This document shows positions 45,494-57,943 of a stretch of 64,000 nucleotides of DNA, piece after piece. Each line of letters begins with the position of its first letter. Position 1 is the stretch's first letter. The translations under genes were made by a program, and so were the position numbers. Below the pieces are notes generated by a model. That model was not told where the DNA came from, ran no database searches, and saw only the letters and a program-made list of their open reading frames with translations. Origin of the DNA: Gammaproteobacteria bacterium (GTDB lineage Bacteria; Pseudomonadota; Gammaproteobacteria; UBA4575); contig CBDCUI010000007.1 of NCBI GenBank assembly GCA_965222615.1, forward strand, positions 758,885 through 822,884, in the 5' to 3' direction.

Positions 45494-48220
45494 TTATGCC
45501 ACTTGCTCTTGCCCTACTACAGTTGTCGTATACTCTTCTGATTGATTTTCATCCTGTGCATCTATTGTAAAAAAGCTTACTAAATTACTTAGTTTATTAC
45601 TTTGTTCACTCATCGATTTCGCTGCTGTTGAGGCTTCTTCTACTAAAACTGCATTTTTTTGTGTGTTTTCATCCATATGGATAATTTCCTTGTTCACTTG
45701 CTTTATACCTGCAGCCTGTTCCTGGCTAGCTTCTGAGATGTTTCCTACTATATCCGTCACTTGCATTACACTCTCAATAATTCCTTCCAGCATTTCGCCT
45801 GACTGATTTACTAACCGAGATCCTTCTTCTACCTTTTCCACACTGTTTTCGATTAGCTCTTTGATCTCCTTCGCCGCGGTCGCACTACGACCAGCTAAAT
45901 TGCGTACTTCAGAGGCCACTACTGCAAATCCGCGTCCTTGTTCCCCGGCACGAGCCGCCTCAACGGACGCATTCAGTGCCAGTAAATTCGTTTGGAACGC
46001 AATATCATTAATTACCCCAATGATGTTAGAAATCTCGGTGCTGGCTTTATTGATGTCACACATTGCTAAAACCGTATCCTTCACCACTTCACTTCCTTGC
46101 TGTGCTTGATTACGTGCACCGATGGCTAATTTGTTAGCTTGTTTAGCATTCTCTGCATTTTCTTGCACAATATTGGTCATTCTTTCCATATTCGAGGAAG
46201 TTTTTTCAAGACCTAAAGCTTGCAATTTGGTACGTTGACGTAAACTATCATTCCCTAAGGAAATCTCATTAGAATCATTTAGCACCTTGGACGATGTCTG
46301 TTTGACTTCGCTAATAACATTGGTGAGCTTAGCGATTGTGGAGTTGGCATCGGCCATAAGTTGACCGAATGAACCCTGGTAATTGGCTTCAATGTGTTCG
46401 TTCAGATCCCCGCGCGCCATTGCACCCATAATTCGAACCATATCGTTAACAACTTGCTCAGATACGTCAACCAACTCGTTAATGCCTTGTCCCAGGGTTT
46501 TGAAGAAACCCTGCTTGTTGTCGAGTGTAATGCGTTGAGTTAAATTTCCCGATAAAGCTGAGGTCACGATACTTTGCACTTCTTCCTCTACAGCTACTTC
46601 TTGAGTACGGTCGTTCCACTCGACTATGGTACCAATACGGTTGCCTAACTTATCTATAATCGGGTGAGCCTTTAGTTTTGCAACCCGGCTACCGAGGTTA
46701 ATTTCGGTAATGAAAGTGTCTGAAAGTTTCTCTAGTAAAGAACGCTGATGGGAAGGGTTCTTGTGGAAATTGTCGATGTTGGTTCCGATGAGCTTCGTGC
46801 TATCAAAATCGGGAAACTCTGTTTTAAAATCAGCCTCAAAGTTTTCGAACAATTCCTTTGACGCGTTGTTAATGTAGACAATATTGTAATCGGTATCGGT
46901 AACCATGATGTTAGTGCTAACGTTATCGAGAGCTTGCTTGACGCGACCAAGCTCAATGGTTGCTTGGCGTTCATTATTGAGACGTTCTTTTATCTTAGAT
47001 TGCATAATGTCTAGTGAAAGCAGCAACTGACCCATTTCATCTTTTGCTGTTGTATCAATTACATTTGTTAGATCATCCTCGGCAATATTGTTAGCAATGG
47101 TTACAGATTTACGGATAGCGGCTGTAGTTTTATGTGTTATAAAAGTGGTGAGTAGTAAACCAATAGCGATTGACAGTAATGTGCCTACTATGATGACTTG
47201 TTTAACTGTAGTTGCTGTTTTCTGTTGTTCTTCGTTACGTATTTCGATCAATATATTTTCTGTTTCAACAAATTGATTTAGCACTTCTCTCATCTCATCC
47301 ATATATTTTTTGCCGATACCTTGCTCGATAAAATTAGAAATGTCATCTTGCGTTCGAGTCACATTGTTCATTCTTCTTCGAGCTTCGATTTCTGGTTGTG
47401 CGACCTCACTCACCCATTCATTAGACAAGTCAACAATGGCATCAATTAATGTGGTAATTTTTTGGATATAATTGCCGGATGGAGAGCTATTTGTTGTTAC
47501 ACCATGAGCATAAGTGTTTTTCACCAAATTGCGCAGATCCTCAATGTGTTTATTGAATTCTGTTAAACCAGTATTGAAAGATTCAAGAGATGCTTCTTGA
47601 CCTGATAATAAAAAGCCACGTTCACCAGTTTCCTGATTGATCATATCTATCAGAATCGTCTGGATCTGGTCATGCGCTTTATGGTCATTAAGTTGAATGA
47701 AAAGCTGATCAAGCTCAGCAATCTTAGTTCTTAACGCGTCAAATTTTTCTTTCCCAATGGTGCGCGCTGAAAGCTCTATAAAATTACGTGTCGCATCTGC
47801 GCTGCTATTGAGTTCTTTACGATATTGCATCGCAACTTTAATGTGTTGAGAGAACCATTTTTCTTGTAGAGAATTGACTTGGTTTAGCCGAGCCACTTGA
47901 GCGGGGTTATCTGCAACCTTCTTCTTAGCTCTGGACATCAATTCTTGATATTCTTGTTTTCCCTGGTTAAAAGGTTCCAGAAACACTTCTTCACCTGCAA
48001 TTAGATAGCCACGTAAGCCGGTCTCCATATTTACCAAGGAGGCTGTAATTGAATCACCAAGTTCTATGGCCTCGTAGGTGTGGGCTACCCACTTACTACT
48101 TTGTAGTAGACGTTCCAAACTGTAGTACGCCATTGCAGCAACACTTACCGTTAGAACCAATGGTATTCCAAACCCGATCAACAGTTTCCATTTCAACGAT
48201 ATATTTGCAAAATGAATCAT
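45494..48220 (-). CDS. Methyl-accepting chemotaxis protein (CHASE3-like x2, HAMP, PAS-like)
   Basis: Two [15 protein letters not shown] motifs, 2 TM helices, [30 protein letters not shown]. Confidence 0.93.
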   Translation of the reverse strand: MIHFANISLKWKLLIGFGIPLVLTVSVAAMAYYSLERLLQSSKWVAHTYEAIELGDSITASLVNMETGLRGYLIAGEEVFLEPFNQGKQEYQELMSRAKKKVADNPAQVARLNQVNSLQEKWFSQHIKVAMQYRKELNSSADATRNFIELSARTIGKEKFDALRTKIAELDQLFIQLNDHKAHDQIQTILIDMINQETGERGFLLSGQEASLESFNTGLTEFNKHIEDLRNLVKNTYAHGVTTNSSPSGNYIQKITTLIDAIVDLSNEWVSEVAQPEIEARRRMNNVTRTQDDISNFIEQGIGKKYMDEMREVLNQFVETENILIEIRNEEQQKTATTVKQVIIVGTLLSIAIGLLLTTFITHKTTAAIRKSVTIANNIAEDDLTNVIDTTAKDEMGQLLLSLDIMQSKIKERLNNERQATIELGRVKQALDNVSTNIMVTDTDYNIVYINNASKELFENFEADFKTEFPDFDSTKLIGTNIDNFHKNPSHQRSLLEKLSDTFITEINLGSRVAKLKAHPIIDKLGNRIGTIVEWNDRTQEVAVEEEVQSIVTSALSGNLTQRITLDNKQGFFKTLGQGINELVDVSEQVVNDMVRIMGAMARGDLNEHIEANYQGSFGQLMADANSTIAKLTNVISEVKQTSSKVLNDSNEISLGNDSLRQRTKLQALGLEKTSSNMERMTNIVQENAENAKQANKLAIGARNQAQQGSEVVKDTVLAMCDINKASTEISNIIGVINDIAFQTNLLALNASVEAARAGEQGRGFAVVASEVRNLAGRSATAAKEIKELIENSVEKVEEGSRLVNQSGEMLEGIIESVMQVTDIVGNISEASQEQAAGIKQVNKEIIHMDENTQKNAVLVEEASTAAKSMSEQSNKLSNLVSFFTIDAQDENQSEEYTTTVVGQEQVA

Positions 48221-48479
48221 TGTTTTTTTGCACCTTGACGCTTAACTTTACGATATATGTTCATATCCCAACGTCCCCGCAAAAAATATCTTTACGCTAC
48301 TCTTTGTGCCATTAGTCCACATTAGATTGTTCTAATTCAACAGCGGTATAGGTAAGCTAGTAAATCTGATATTTATCTTCATCGGCCGTTACACGAAAAA
48401 CTTTTGTTTTGAAGATAGTTTTTACAATTGCATGTTGTTAACAATAATTGGATAGAACATTTTTTGATAAATATCAAGA

Positions 48480-48720
48480 ATGAGTGATAAGAGATGAAAA
48501 CAAGAACCGGTTGTAACATCAAAATCTAAATTAGCATGATGCACTCGATGTAACTTCCACAATAAAGAAACTGTGTGTATCAACACATGTTGATTATAGA
48601 TTACTGTACCCATAATGAGCACAGAAACAATAACGTCAAACCAATAGGGAAGTTGTAAAGCAAGAGTGATAAATAGCGAAAGAGCAAATCGTCTATTCGA
48701 TGACGTTTTTAATTGGAAGC
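48480..48720 (-). pseudogene. Sterol desaturase/fatty acid hydroxylase remnant
   Basis: LWKLHRVHHANLDFDVTTG..FH motif in a truncated frame; boundaries approximate. Confidence 0.6.
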
Positions 48721-49293
48721 AGATGCTTTGTTGTCAACTAGGAGTTTGTGTCAAGACTATTTCTTTTTCGGGTATGTTGTCGGCGATACTATTGGCTGGA
48801 GAGGTAATTAGATAACTATTGAATCTTGTTGTCAGTGCGAACGCGAGTCCAAACACAAACAAAGCAATTGCAATTTTGTCAGTGATACTAAGTGTTTCCA
48901 TACTCCAACCCCGTAACTTTATTTAAATGACTGAATAATCCCTGGACAAGTCATAGGGATAATTTAACCACAAGCGCTAATAATAAAAAAATCCAATATT
49001 TTTATGGGCTTATAGTGATTCCATCACAAGAAATAAAGCTCAAAAACGTTTAGCTCACAGATAGAACACTGTTTATTAGTGAGATAATTGCAAGACGCTT
49101 TTATGGTGCTCGTTATGAGAGCCGACTTATTCTAATAATTCGCTATTGAAAAAATTAATCGAGCAGAAGTATTTTCGAGACTTTCTGTGTGGTAAGAATG
49201 ATCGAATCACCCCTACTACAATTTCGCATAAAGAAATGCATGCAGTTGGGAGAAAAGCCAAATAGCTACCCTAAGATAGTTGAACAAACTTAA

Positions 49294-51183
49294 TTAATCG
49301 TTTAGGGCAATCGTTTCCGATTGTTTAAAGCTCTCGATATGTGATGCAAACTTTGGTGCATCCATAAAGCCTACGACACGATAATTACGCAGCTCATTAC
49401 CATTAGGATCATAGAATAAGATTGCAGGAGGGCCGAACAGACCAAGTTCTTTTAATAAAGCTTGATCGAGTTCGTCATTATCGGTTACATCTGATTGAAG
49501 AATTACAAAGTTGTTTAAAGAAGCTTGTACCTTTGCATTGCTAAAGGTAAACGATTCCATTTCTTTACATGAAATACACCAATCAGCATAAAAATCCAGC
49601 ATCACAGGTTTCCCTGCATTTGCGGCTTGTCGAATTGCTGCGTTGAGTTCATCTAAGCCTTTTACTTGTTGAAATGCGAGTGCGTGATCGCCATGCGATT
49701 CATTAGTTGAAGTTGAAGCAATTTGCGGAGCAGACAAACCTTGTAGTGGTTGCAATAGACTATGACTACCACCTGCTGCGCCAATCACTAATATTGCACC
49801 ATAGACTAATGAAATAAGGCCAAGTCCTTTCCACAATCTAAACCATCCAGAAGCGCCTTCTTTTATCGTCTCTAAGGCACCCATATAAATTGCCGACACG
49901 ATTAACAGTGCTCCGGTAAGCAATAGAATTATTGGTGCAGGCAAGATGCGTTCTAGCATCCAAATGGCAAGCCCTAGCAATAACACGCCAAATACAGCTT
50001 TGATGGCGTCCATCCAGGGACCCGCTTTGGGTAATAACTTTCCAGCCGAGGTACCGATGGCTAGCAACGGTGCACCCATCCCCATGCTGAGTGCAAATAA
50101 TGCAATACCGCCAATTAATGCATCGCCGGTATTGGCAATATAGATTAGCGCACCAATTAATGGTGCCGTTACACAAGGGCCTACAATGAGTGCCGACAAG
50201 AATCCCATGATTGCAGCACCCGCATAGGAACCTTGTTGCTGACTGGAACTAATCGTGTTTAATTTTGACTGTACTGCATTAGGCATTTGCAGCTCATAAA
50301 AACCAAACATAGCCAAAGAAAGCAATACAAAAATTCCAGCAAACACACTTAATACCCATGGGTTTTGAAACCAGATTTGAATATTTTCACCCGATAGCCC
50401 GACGATCACCCCGGCTACGGTATAGGTAATAGCCATCGCCAATACATATACAAGTGAAAGTGTAAAGGCTTTAGATGTTGAAAGACTATCGCCTTGCCCA
50501 ACAATAATGCTGGACAGAATGGGGATCATGGGGAACACGCAAGGGGTAAAGGCGAGTAGTAAACCTAAACCAAAAAAACTTAAAACTGTTAGCCAAAGTT
50601 TTCCTGATGCCAGTGTGTTAGCGATGCGATCTTGCTCAGATTGAAAACTAGCGCCGCCATTTGAAGAGCTAGACGACGTGTTATTCGTAGTGGTAGCTGC
50701 TGCACTCGACCCAGCAGAATTATCTAGAGCTACCTTCAGCGTTTTAGTGATGGGTGGATAACATAGACCTGCTTTAGCACAACCTTGGTACTTAACAATT
50801 AAATCTACGGCGTCTGTATTACTTGCTAATTGTTGAATTAGAATAGTTGCTTGGAAACTATGATCAATACTTACAATTTTTCCAAAGTATTCGTCATGTT
50901 TTTCCTCACCTTTCGGTAGTTCCATCGCACCAAGAGAAACTTTTGATTCATCACCTGGAGTTACACTTATTTTATCTTTATAAAGATAATAGCCTTCTTC
51001 AACATGCCAATTGGTAATGATGTTGTTTGCATCACCTTGTTCGGCACTGACCTGAAAGGCTACATCTGGATCTAAAAATTCATCTTCATTTTCGCCAACA
51101 AGTGTAGATAGTTGATTTTCAGCCCAAGTGTTTGCGCTCAGTACGATGAAAATTAATATGAATATGCAGCGCAAGGAATTCAT
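49294..51183 (-). CDS. dsbD: Thiol:disulfide interchange protein DsbD
   Basis: QGC...GLCYPP, TPCVFPM, GPCVTAP, WCISC; likely start at ATG 51183 overlapping the cutA stop. Confidence 0.95.
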   Translation of the reverse strand: MNSLRCIFILIFIVLSANTWAENQLSTLVGENEDEFLDPDVAFQVSAEQGDANNIITNWHVEEGYYLYKDKISVTPGDESKVSLGAMELPKGEEKHDEYFGKIVSIDHSFQATILIQQLASNTDAVDLIVKYQGCAKAGLCYPPITKTLKVALDNSAGSSAAATTTNNTSSSSSNGGASFQSEQDRIANTLASGKLWLTVLSFFGLGLLLAFTPCVFPMIPILSSIIVGQGDSLSTSKAFTLSLVYVLAMAITYTVAGVIVGLSGENIQIWFQNPWVLSVFAGIFVLLSLAMFGFYELQMPNAVQSKLNTISSSQQQGSYAGAAIMGFLSALIVGPCVTAPLIGALIYIANTGDALIGGIALFALSMGMGAPLLAIGTSAGKLLPKAGPWMDAIKAVFGVLLLGLAIWMLERILPAPIILLLTGALLIVSAIYMGALETIKEGASGWFRLWKGLGLISLVYGAILVIGAAGGSHSLLQPLQGLSAPQIASTSTNESHGDHALAFQQVKGLDELNAAIRQAANAGKPVMLDFYADWCISCKEMESFTFSNAKVQASLNNFVILQSDVTDNDELDQALLKELGLFGPPAILFYDPNGNELRNYRVVGFMDAPKFASHIESFKQSETIALND

Positions 51184-51500
51184 GATTTTGTATTTGTGGT
51201 CAGCCATGTTAAATATTTTTCTGATCCATTAGTTATTGGAGTCGCAATAATCTCTGGAAGTTCGTAAGGATGATGGCTTTGTATAAAGGATTCTAGCTCC
51301 TGGTAAGCCTGTTCGGTTGTTTTTATTAGTGCGATGCACTCTAATTCATTGCATTCCTCGCCTTGCCATATATATATCGATTGCGCCTGAGGGATAATAT
51401 TTACACATGCCGCAAGTTTTGCCTGCACCATTTGCTTGGCGAGCCGCTGAGCGGTGTCGATATCTGGAAAAGTGGTTAGTGCGATTAGGGACTGGGTCAT
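51180..51500 (-). CDS. cutA: Divalent-cation tolerance protein
   Basis: LAACVN, HPYELPE. Confidence 0.95.
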   Translation of the reverse strand: MTQSLIALTTFPDIDTAQRLAKQMVQAKLAACVNIIPQAQSIYIWQGEECNELECIALIKTTEQAYQELESFIQSHHPYELPEIIATPITNGSEKYLTWLTTNTKS

Positions 51501-51554
51501 GAGGCGTGCAACGCTCAGTAATGGCTAAGGGTTAGAATTATTGTTTTCATCGCT

Positions 51555-51583
51555 ATTGAAGATTTCATTGGTTGCCCTCATAT
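51555..51583 (+). promoter_or_regulatory. Putative sigma32 promoter of fxsA
   Basis: TTGAA-N14-CCCTCATAT resembles CTTGAA/CCCCAT. Confidence 0.55.
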
Positions 51584-51606
51584 TGTCATTATAGTAAGGA
51601 GCCCTA

Positions 51607-52077
51607 ATGAGCACACCAATTCGAGCCAGATTGTTCCCCATTTTGATGGCAATATTCTTAATAGTACCCATTATTGAGATCTATCTGCTTATCCAGGTAG
51701 GCGGCATGATTGGTGTTTTACCCACAATTGGCTTAGTTATATTGACCGCGGTAATGGGTGCTGCCTTACTGCGGGCACAAGGGCTGCAGACCTATTTACG
51801 CTTTAATCAGGCTTTAGCGGAAGGGCGTATGCCGGCAACAGAGATTTTAGAGGGCGTGGCTTTGTTGCTCGGAGGAGCGCTATTGCTTACTCCGGGGTTT
51901 TTTACCGACGCTATAGGCTTTGTGTGTTTGCTACCGTTCACTAGAAAAGAACTGGTGGCATGGTTGATTGCGCGTTTTAACCCTATCGCTCATATCGATA
52001 TACAGGGTGTGAGCCGCCGAAATGGACCCGGTAACATCTATGAAGGTGAAGTTAGGCACCACTCTGAAGACCAATAA
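51607..52077 (+). CDS. fxsA: FxsA membrane protein
   Basis: PIIEIYLLI, LLLTPGFFTD; located between cutA and groES. Confidence 0.92.
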   Translation: MSTPIRARLFPILMAIFLIVPIIEIYLLIQVGGMIGVLPTIGLVILTAVMGAALLRAQGLQTYLRFNQALAEGRMPATEILEGVALLLGGALLLTPGFFTDAIGFVCLLPFTRKELVAWLIARFNPIAHIDIQGVSRRNGPGNIYEGEVRHHSEDQ

Positions 52078-52128
52078 GTCCTAAGTGGATATAGAAATTA
52101 CTTGACTTAATAAGCCGCGTTCGTATGA

Positions 52129-52155
52129 TTAGCACTCATTAACTGAGAGTGCTAA
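52129..52155 (+). promoter_or_regulatory. CIRCE (HrcA operator)
   Basis: Perfect TTAGCACTC-N9-GAGTGCTAA, directly after TTGACT-N16-TATGAT. Confidence 0.95.
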
Positions 52156-52218
52156 CAATGAAGCGCTCTAAATTTACTACTAAAAATTATTAACTTAACC
52201 CTTATTGAGGAGGCGTCA

Positions 52219-52509
52219 ATGAAGATACGTCCATTACATGACCGAGTGGTCGTCAAGCGAATGGAAGAAGAACGTACCAGCCCAGGAGGTATTGTGATTC
52301 CTGATTCGGCCACTGAAAAACCCATCAAAGGCGAAGTCATTGCCGTCGGCAATGGCAAGATTACTGACAGTGGCGATGTTCGTGCGCTGGATTTGAAAGC
52401 TGGAGACAAGGTGTTATTTGGTAAGTATTCCGGCACCGAAGTGAAGGTGGATGGCGACGAACTACTGGTGATGCGCGAAGACGACATCATGGCCGTAATC
52501 GAAGGCTAA
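52219..52509 (+). CDS. groES: Co-chaperonin GroES
   Basis: [16 protein letters not shown]. Confidence 0.99.
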   Translation: MKIRPLHDRVVVKRMEEERTSPGGIVIPDSATEKPIKGEVIAVGNGKITDSGDVRALDLKAGDKVLFGKYSGTEVKVDGDELLVMREDDIMAVIEG

Positions 52510-52540
52510 TTATTAATACAAAAATTTTTAACGCATTTAG

Positions 52541-54205
<1,665 letters not shown>

Positions 54206-54230
54206 TTTCGTTCTATACTCTCTCGTTACG

Positions 54231-54259
54231 AAAAGGCCTCGCAATGCGAGGCCTTTTTT
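54231..54259 (+). terminator. Intrinsic terminator after groEL
   Basis: AAAAGGCCTCGC-AAT-GCGAGGCCTTTTTT. Confidence 0.9.
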
Positions 54260-54499
54260 ATATCTACTTTATTTATTTCGGCAAGAAGGAAACGTTCAGT
54301 TCATTTTTATAATCTTGTCGCTGGGTTCTCGGACCCAACGGAGTGCACTTTGATAAATTAGTTCTACGTAACCAAGTCCTCATGACTGACTACAGGGAAC
54401 TTTTGTTACGGTAATAGCGAGTGCAAGGAAGTACGAGTGAGAGTTCGCATCATGGATGTTGCTTTCAGTTAAAATTAGCTGTTTCTTGCAAAACCATTT

Positions 54500-54625
54500 G
54501 CGCTGAACATCACGTAATTCTTCGAATGCTCGTACTTTTCGGCGGCTCGTGAACTCGCTTCGCTCAAACAGGCACTCGCCTTCTTTCCGAAAAGAACTGC
54601 GCTTCTCAGCGTGATGTAATGCGCG
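54500..54625. repeat. REP/MITE-like structured intergenic element
   Basis: Nested inverted repeats (TTTTCGG/CCGAAAA, CATCACG) around AACTCGCTTCGCTCAAAC; single copy in window. Confidence 0.4.
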
Positions 54626-54770
54626 AATAAGAGGCTTTGAATTTAGATTATAATGAATGTCTGCATTCGGCCAATAGCAATGGTATGGCCTCCCTCTACT
54701 TTAAACGGCATCGCAATGTGCCCAAACTGGAAGCGATTATAACCAGTCAGTAAAAGAAGGAGACCATACA

Positions 54771-55805
54771 ATGAACAAGGTTACACGCATGGGTGTCGAT
54801 TTGGCAAAGAATGTTTTTCAATTACACGGCGTAGATCGCACGGGAAAGTGTGTTTTTAAACGACGCTTGAGTCGAAGTAAGTGGATCGATACGTTGTGTG
54901 CTGCAGCCGAATCGGATTGTGAGATTGGGATGGAAGCCTGTAGCGGTGCGCATCACTGGGCACGGATATTAAAACAACGTGGCTATGTCGTAAAACTCAT
55001 TGCTCCCCAGTTTGTAAAGCCCTATGTAAAAAGCAACAAGAATGATGCCAAGGATGCTGAAGCGATCTGTGAAGCCATGAGTCGTCCTAACATGCGATTT
55101 GTAACCATGAAGAGCATTGAACAACAAGACCTTCAAGCCATGCATCGTGTTCGCAGTACTTTAGTGCAACAACGTACCGCCAAAGCCAATCAAATACGCG
55201 GCTTGGTGAGTGAATACGGCCTGGTCGCACCACAACAACTGCATACCTTACGCAAAACAATTCCCACTTGGTTGGAAGATGCTGAGAATGGTTTAACGGA
55301 TTGTTTTCGGTCTTTATTGCAAGGGCTGTGGAATGATTTCATCGGATTACATCAGCGTGTACAAGAATTAGATCAAGCGATCGAACACTTCGCGAAACAA
55401 AACGAAGTAACAACCCGGTTACAGCAATTACGTGGCGTAGGACCAATGGTAGCCACCGCTTTGATTGCAACTGTCGGGGATGCAAAACAATATAGAAATA
55501 GTCGTCAGATGGCCGCATCTTTAGGGTTAACGCCCAGACAACATAGCTCAGGCAACAAAGAACATTTACTCGGCATCAGTAAACGTGGCGATGCCTATCT
55601 ACGCACCTTACTCATCCATGGAGCACGTGCTGTGGTCTCGCAAGCCAAACATAAAGAGGATCGTTTAAGTCGCTGGGGGACTAATCTTGCAGAGCAAAAA
55701 CATACGAATGTGGCCGCGGTGGCACTGGCGAATAAAACTGTACGCATGGCATTTGCCATGCTACGTAATGGAACCGATTATGATCCTGCGTTGGCAGTAA
55801 CCTAA
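54771..55805 (+). CDS. IS110-family transposase (A')
   Basis: GVDLAK, MEAC, KNDAKDA, HSSG, GISKRG. Confidence 0.95.
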   Translation: MNKVTRMGVDLAKNVFQLHGVDRTGKCVFKRRLSRSKWIDTLCAAAESDCEIGMEACSGAHHWARILKQRGYVVKLIAPQFVKPYVKSNKNDAKDAEAICEAMSRPNMRFVTMKSIEQQDLQAMHRVRSTLVQQRTAKANQIRGLVSEYGLVAPQQLHTLRKTIPTWLEDAENGLTDCFRSLLQGLWNDFIGLHQRVQELDQAIEHFAKQNEVTTRLQQLRGVGPMVATALIATVGDAKQYRNSRQMAASLGLTPRQHSSGNKEHLLGISKRGDAYLRTLLIHGARAVVSQAKHKEDRLSRWGTNLAEQKHTNVAAVALANKTVRMAFAMLRNGTDYDPALAVT

Positions 55806-55834
55806 AAACAAAATAACGATACTTAAGGAAATTC

Positions 55835-56040
55835 ACATCACGATTGCGAAGTAATCTATTAGATGGTAAACCGGTCGAACCGGTGCAAGTGAAACTCGAG
55901 AATGTCCGTGTACGGTACAGTACGTAATAGCGATTGAGAGCTTGCGCGCGAATACACCATCATGGCCCAGCATCAACGTATGCTAACCATTGAGGCCGAA
56001 TATACGTGTGCAGTCGACCTTGCTTTGCCAAACAATATTT
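55835..56040 (+). ncRNA. Predicted bridge/seekRNA of A'
   Basis: Guides GAATGTCCG (55900-55908) and AATAGCG (55926-55932); stems covary with element A; ends approximate. Confidence 0.8.
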
Positions 56041-56092
56041 TACTTGCATTATGAGGGAGGCCATATACGGTCATTCAAAATAAGATAGTAAT

Positions 56093-56500
56093 TTATCTAA
56101 CTCTCCAGTATCGCTCAATAAAAGCGTATTTAGCTACCCCTATCCAATAAGGTACAAAGCATAATATTGGTGCAACTATGTACCACAAATCTGATGATTT
56201 CCATTCCTGAAATTTTATTCCTTCAATTGCTGCAATAACCACATATCCAATTCCAAATACAACTTCATTACCTATAATTATTAAAGCAATTATTATCCAA
56301 AACCATTGTTTAAAAATATAACGCTCATACGCATATCCATACAAAGCTACAATTCCAAACGGAAGCGTTGCCCACATTACGTAGTCCTGTATCTCGTTAG
56401 GCCCAAGACTAGCCTCTGGAATGAAAATTTCAAATACAATTAAGAGAATATTTATTAATATAAATAAATAAAAATAACTTTTACGCAGTAGCTTTAACAT
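56093..56500 (-). CDS. Small membrane protein (inverted cassette)
   Basis: 135 aa, about 4 TM segments, AT-rich. Confidence 0.75.
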   Translation of the reverse strand: MLKLLRKSYFYLFILINILLIVFEIFIPEASLGPNEIQDYVMWATLPFGIVALYGYAYERYIFKQWFWIIIALIIIGNEVVFGIGYVVIAAIEGIKFQEWKSSDLWYIVAPILCFVPYWIGVAKYAFIERYWRVR

Positions 56501-56554
56501 TTATTAAATAAAGAATAATTCTTTATAACGAAAAATCGGATGTCTGCTTTGGGT

Positions 56555-57785
56555 TGCCGATTCAATTGATCATCGCAACACATTGGCTAAATCGTTCTGC
56601 CGGTGTTTCAAATTCTAATGTTTTCCTAGGTCGCTCATTAAGTTGGCGAGCAACCGCATTGAGTTTGTGTTGAGAGTGTACCGATAAATCTGTGCCTTTG
56701 GGGAAATACTGACGAAGTAGTAGATTTGTATTTTCATTGGAGCCTCGTTGCCACGGACTTTGTGGATCACAGAAGTATACTTTGATGTCTGTCGCTAAGG
56801 TAAAGCGTTGGTGATCTGCCATCTCTTTGCCGCGATCCCAGGTTAAGGATTGATACAGTTCACTTGGTAGTTTTTTTGATTGTTTGATGAGTGCATTGAT
56901 GACGCTCTTGGTATCTTTGTTTTTGACTTTCACCAACATCACATAGCGTGTATGTCGCTCAACCAAGGTAGCAATGTAACTGTTGTTTGAGCCTGCAATG
57001 AGATCCCCTTCCCAATGCCCTGGCACGGCGCGATCCTCCACCGATGCCGGACGTTGTCGAATGGATACGGCATTCGTAATTTGACCTAAACCTTCATTTT
57101 TCAAACTGGCTTGCTTTGACTGTCGTAAGGTACGTTGCGTGCGCAGATACACAAGTAACTCCTTTTTCAGGGCGCCACGCGCTTGAATAAACAGACTGCG
57201 ATAAATCGTTTCGTGTGACACGGTCTTACTCTCATCATGGGGATGGGTACGTTTTAGCCAACCCGCAATTTGTTCTGGGGACCAGTGTAATTGCAGTTTG
57301 GTTACCACGACATAACACAAGTAGGGATTCGTAGCGAGTTTACACGCTTTCGGGCGACGCGCTCGATTCCACGCAGCTTGCTCCGCTTCGCTCGCACGAT
57401 ACGTCACAACGCCGCCATTGCGCTGAATCTCGCGGCTAATCGTGGAAGGTGAACGCTTCAATTGTTTGGCAATCTGTCGCATGGATAAGTCACAAGCGAG
57501 TCCACGAGAAATTTCTTCGCGTTCCGATAACGTCAGACTGAGTCGTGATCGTGTTCGTTGAGGAGGACGAATGCCACCTGTTTGTGCAAGTATCCGTCGT
57601 ATCGATGAGTGCCCACGGTCAAAAAGTCGAGCAATAGCGTGTAGAGAGTCGCCTTGCTGCCAGCGATCCCACATCACCTGTTTCTGTGCTTCGCTATAAT
57701 AAATGCGTGTTCGATATTTCATCGTTTTCACCCCATCTTCTTTGTGTTTTAAGATAAAGTGTTGCGATGATCAATTGAATCGGCA
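56555..57785 (-). mobile_element. IS30-family element (1231 bp)
   Basis: Perfect 26-bp terminal IR TGCCGATTCAATTGATCATCGCAACA; 2-bp flanks GT/GC. Confidence 0.92.
56562..57731 (-). CDS. IS30-family DDE transposase
   Basis: RSPSTISREI, WSPEQI, GHWEGDL, TWDRGKE, PWQRGSNENTN. Confidence 0.96.
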   Translation of the reverse strand: MKTMKYRTRIYYSEAQKQVMWDRWQQGDSLHAIARLFDRGHSSIRRILAQTGGIRPPQRTRSRLSLTLSEREEISRGLACDLSMRQIAKQLKRSPSTISREIQRNGGVVTYRASEAEQAAWNRARRPKACKLATNPYLCYVVVTKLQLHWSPEQIAGWLKRTHPHDESKTVSHETIYRSLFIQARGALKKELLVYLRTQRTLRQSKQASLKNEGLGQITNAVSIRQRPASVEDRAVPGHWEGDLIAGSNNSYIATLVERHTRYVMLVKVKNKDTKSVINALIKQSKKLPSELYQSLTWDRGKEMADHQRFTLATDIKVYFCDPQSPWQRGSNENTNLLLRQYFPKGTDLSVHSQHKLNAVARQLNERPRKTLEFETPAERFSQCVAMIN

Positions 57786-57828
57786 GCCGTTAGCAGACAC
57801 AATTCAAACTAAATAACGGGAATCTAGG

Positions 57829-57857
57829 TTGGAAACTCTAAATAACAATTCTAAAAT
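57829..57857 (+). promoter_or_regulatory. Linker promoter 1
   Basis: TTGGAA-N17-TAAAAT. Confidence 0.6.
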
Positions 57858-57943
57858 GACTGCTTACGACCCAATGTATGGACACCTCCAAGCTAAGCAA
57901 TTAGTTTGTGTGGTGTTAGAAACACAAAAGAAGGAGTCCATAC

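Larger units (their letters stand above)
54679..56068 (+). mobile_element. IS1111-type element A' (relative of A, 1390 bp)
   Basis: Same subterminal IRs and insertion point as A, diverged transposase. Confidence 0.92.
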
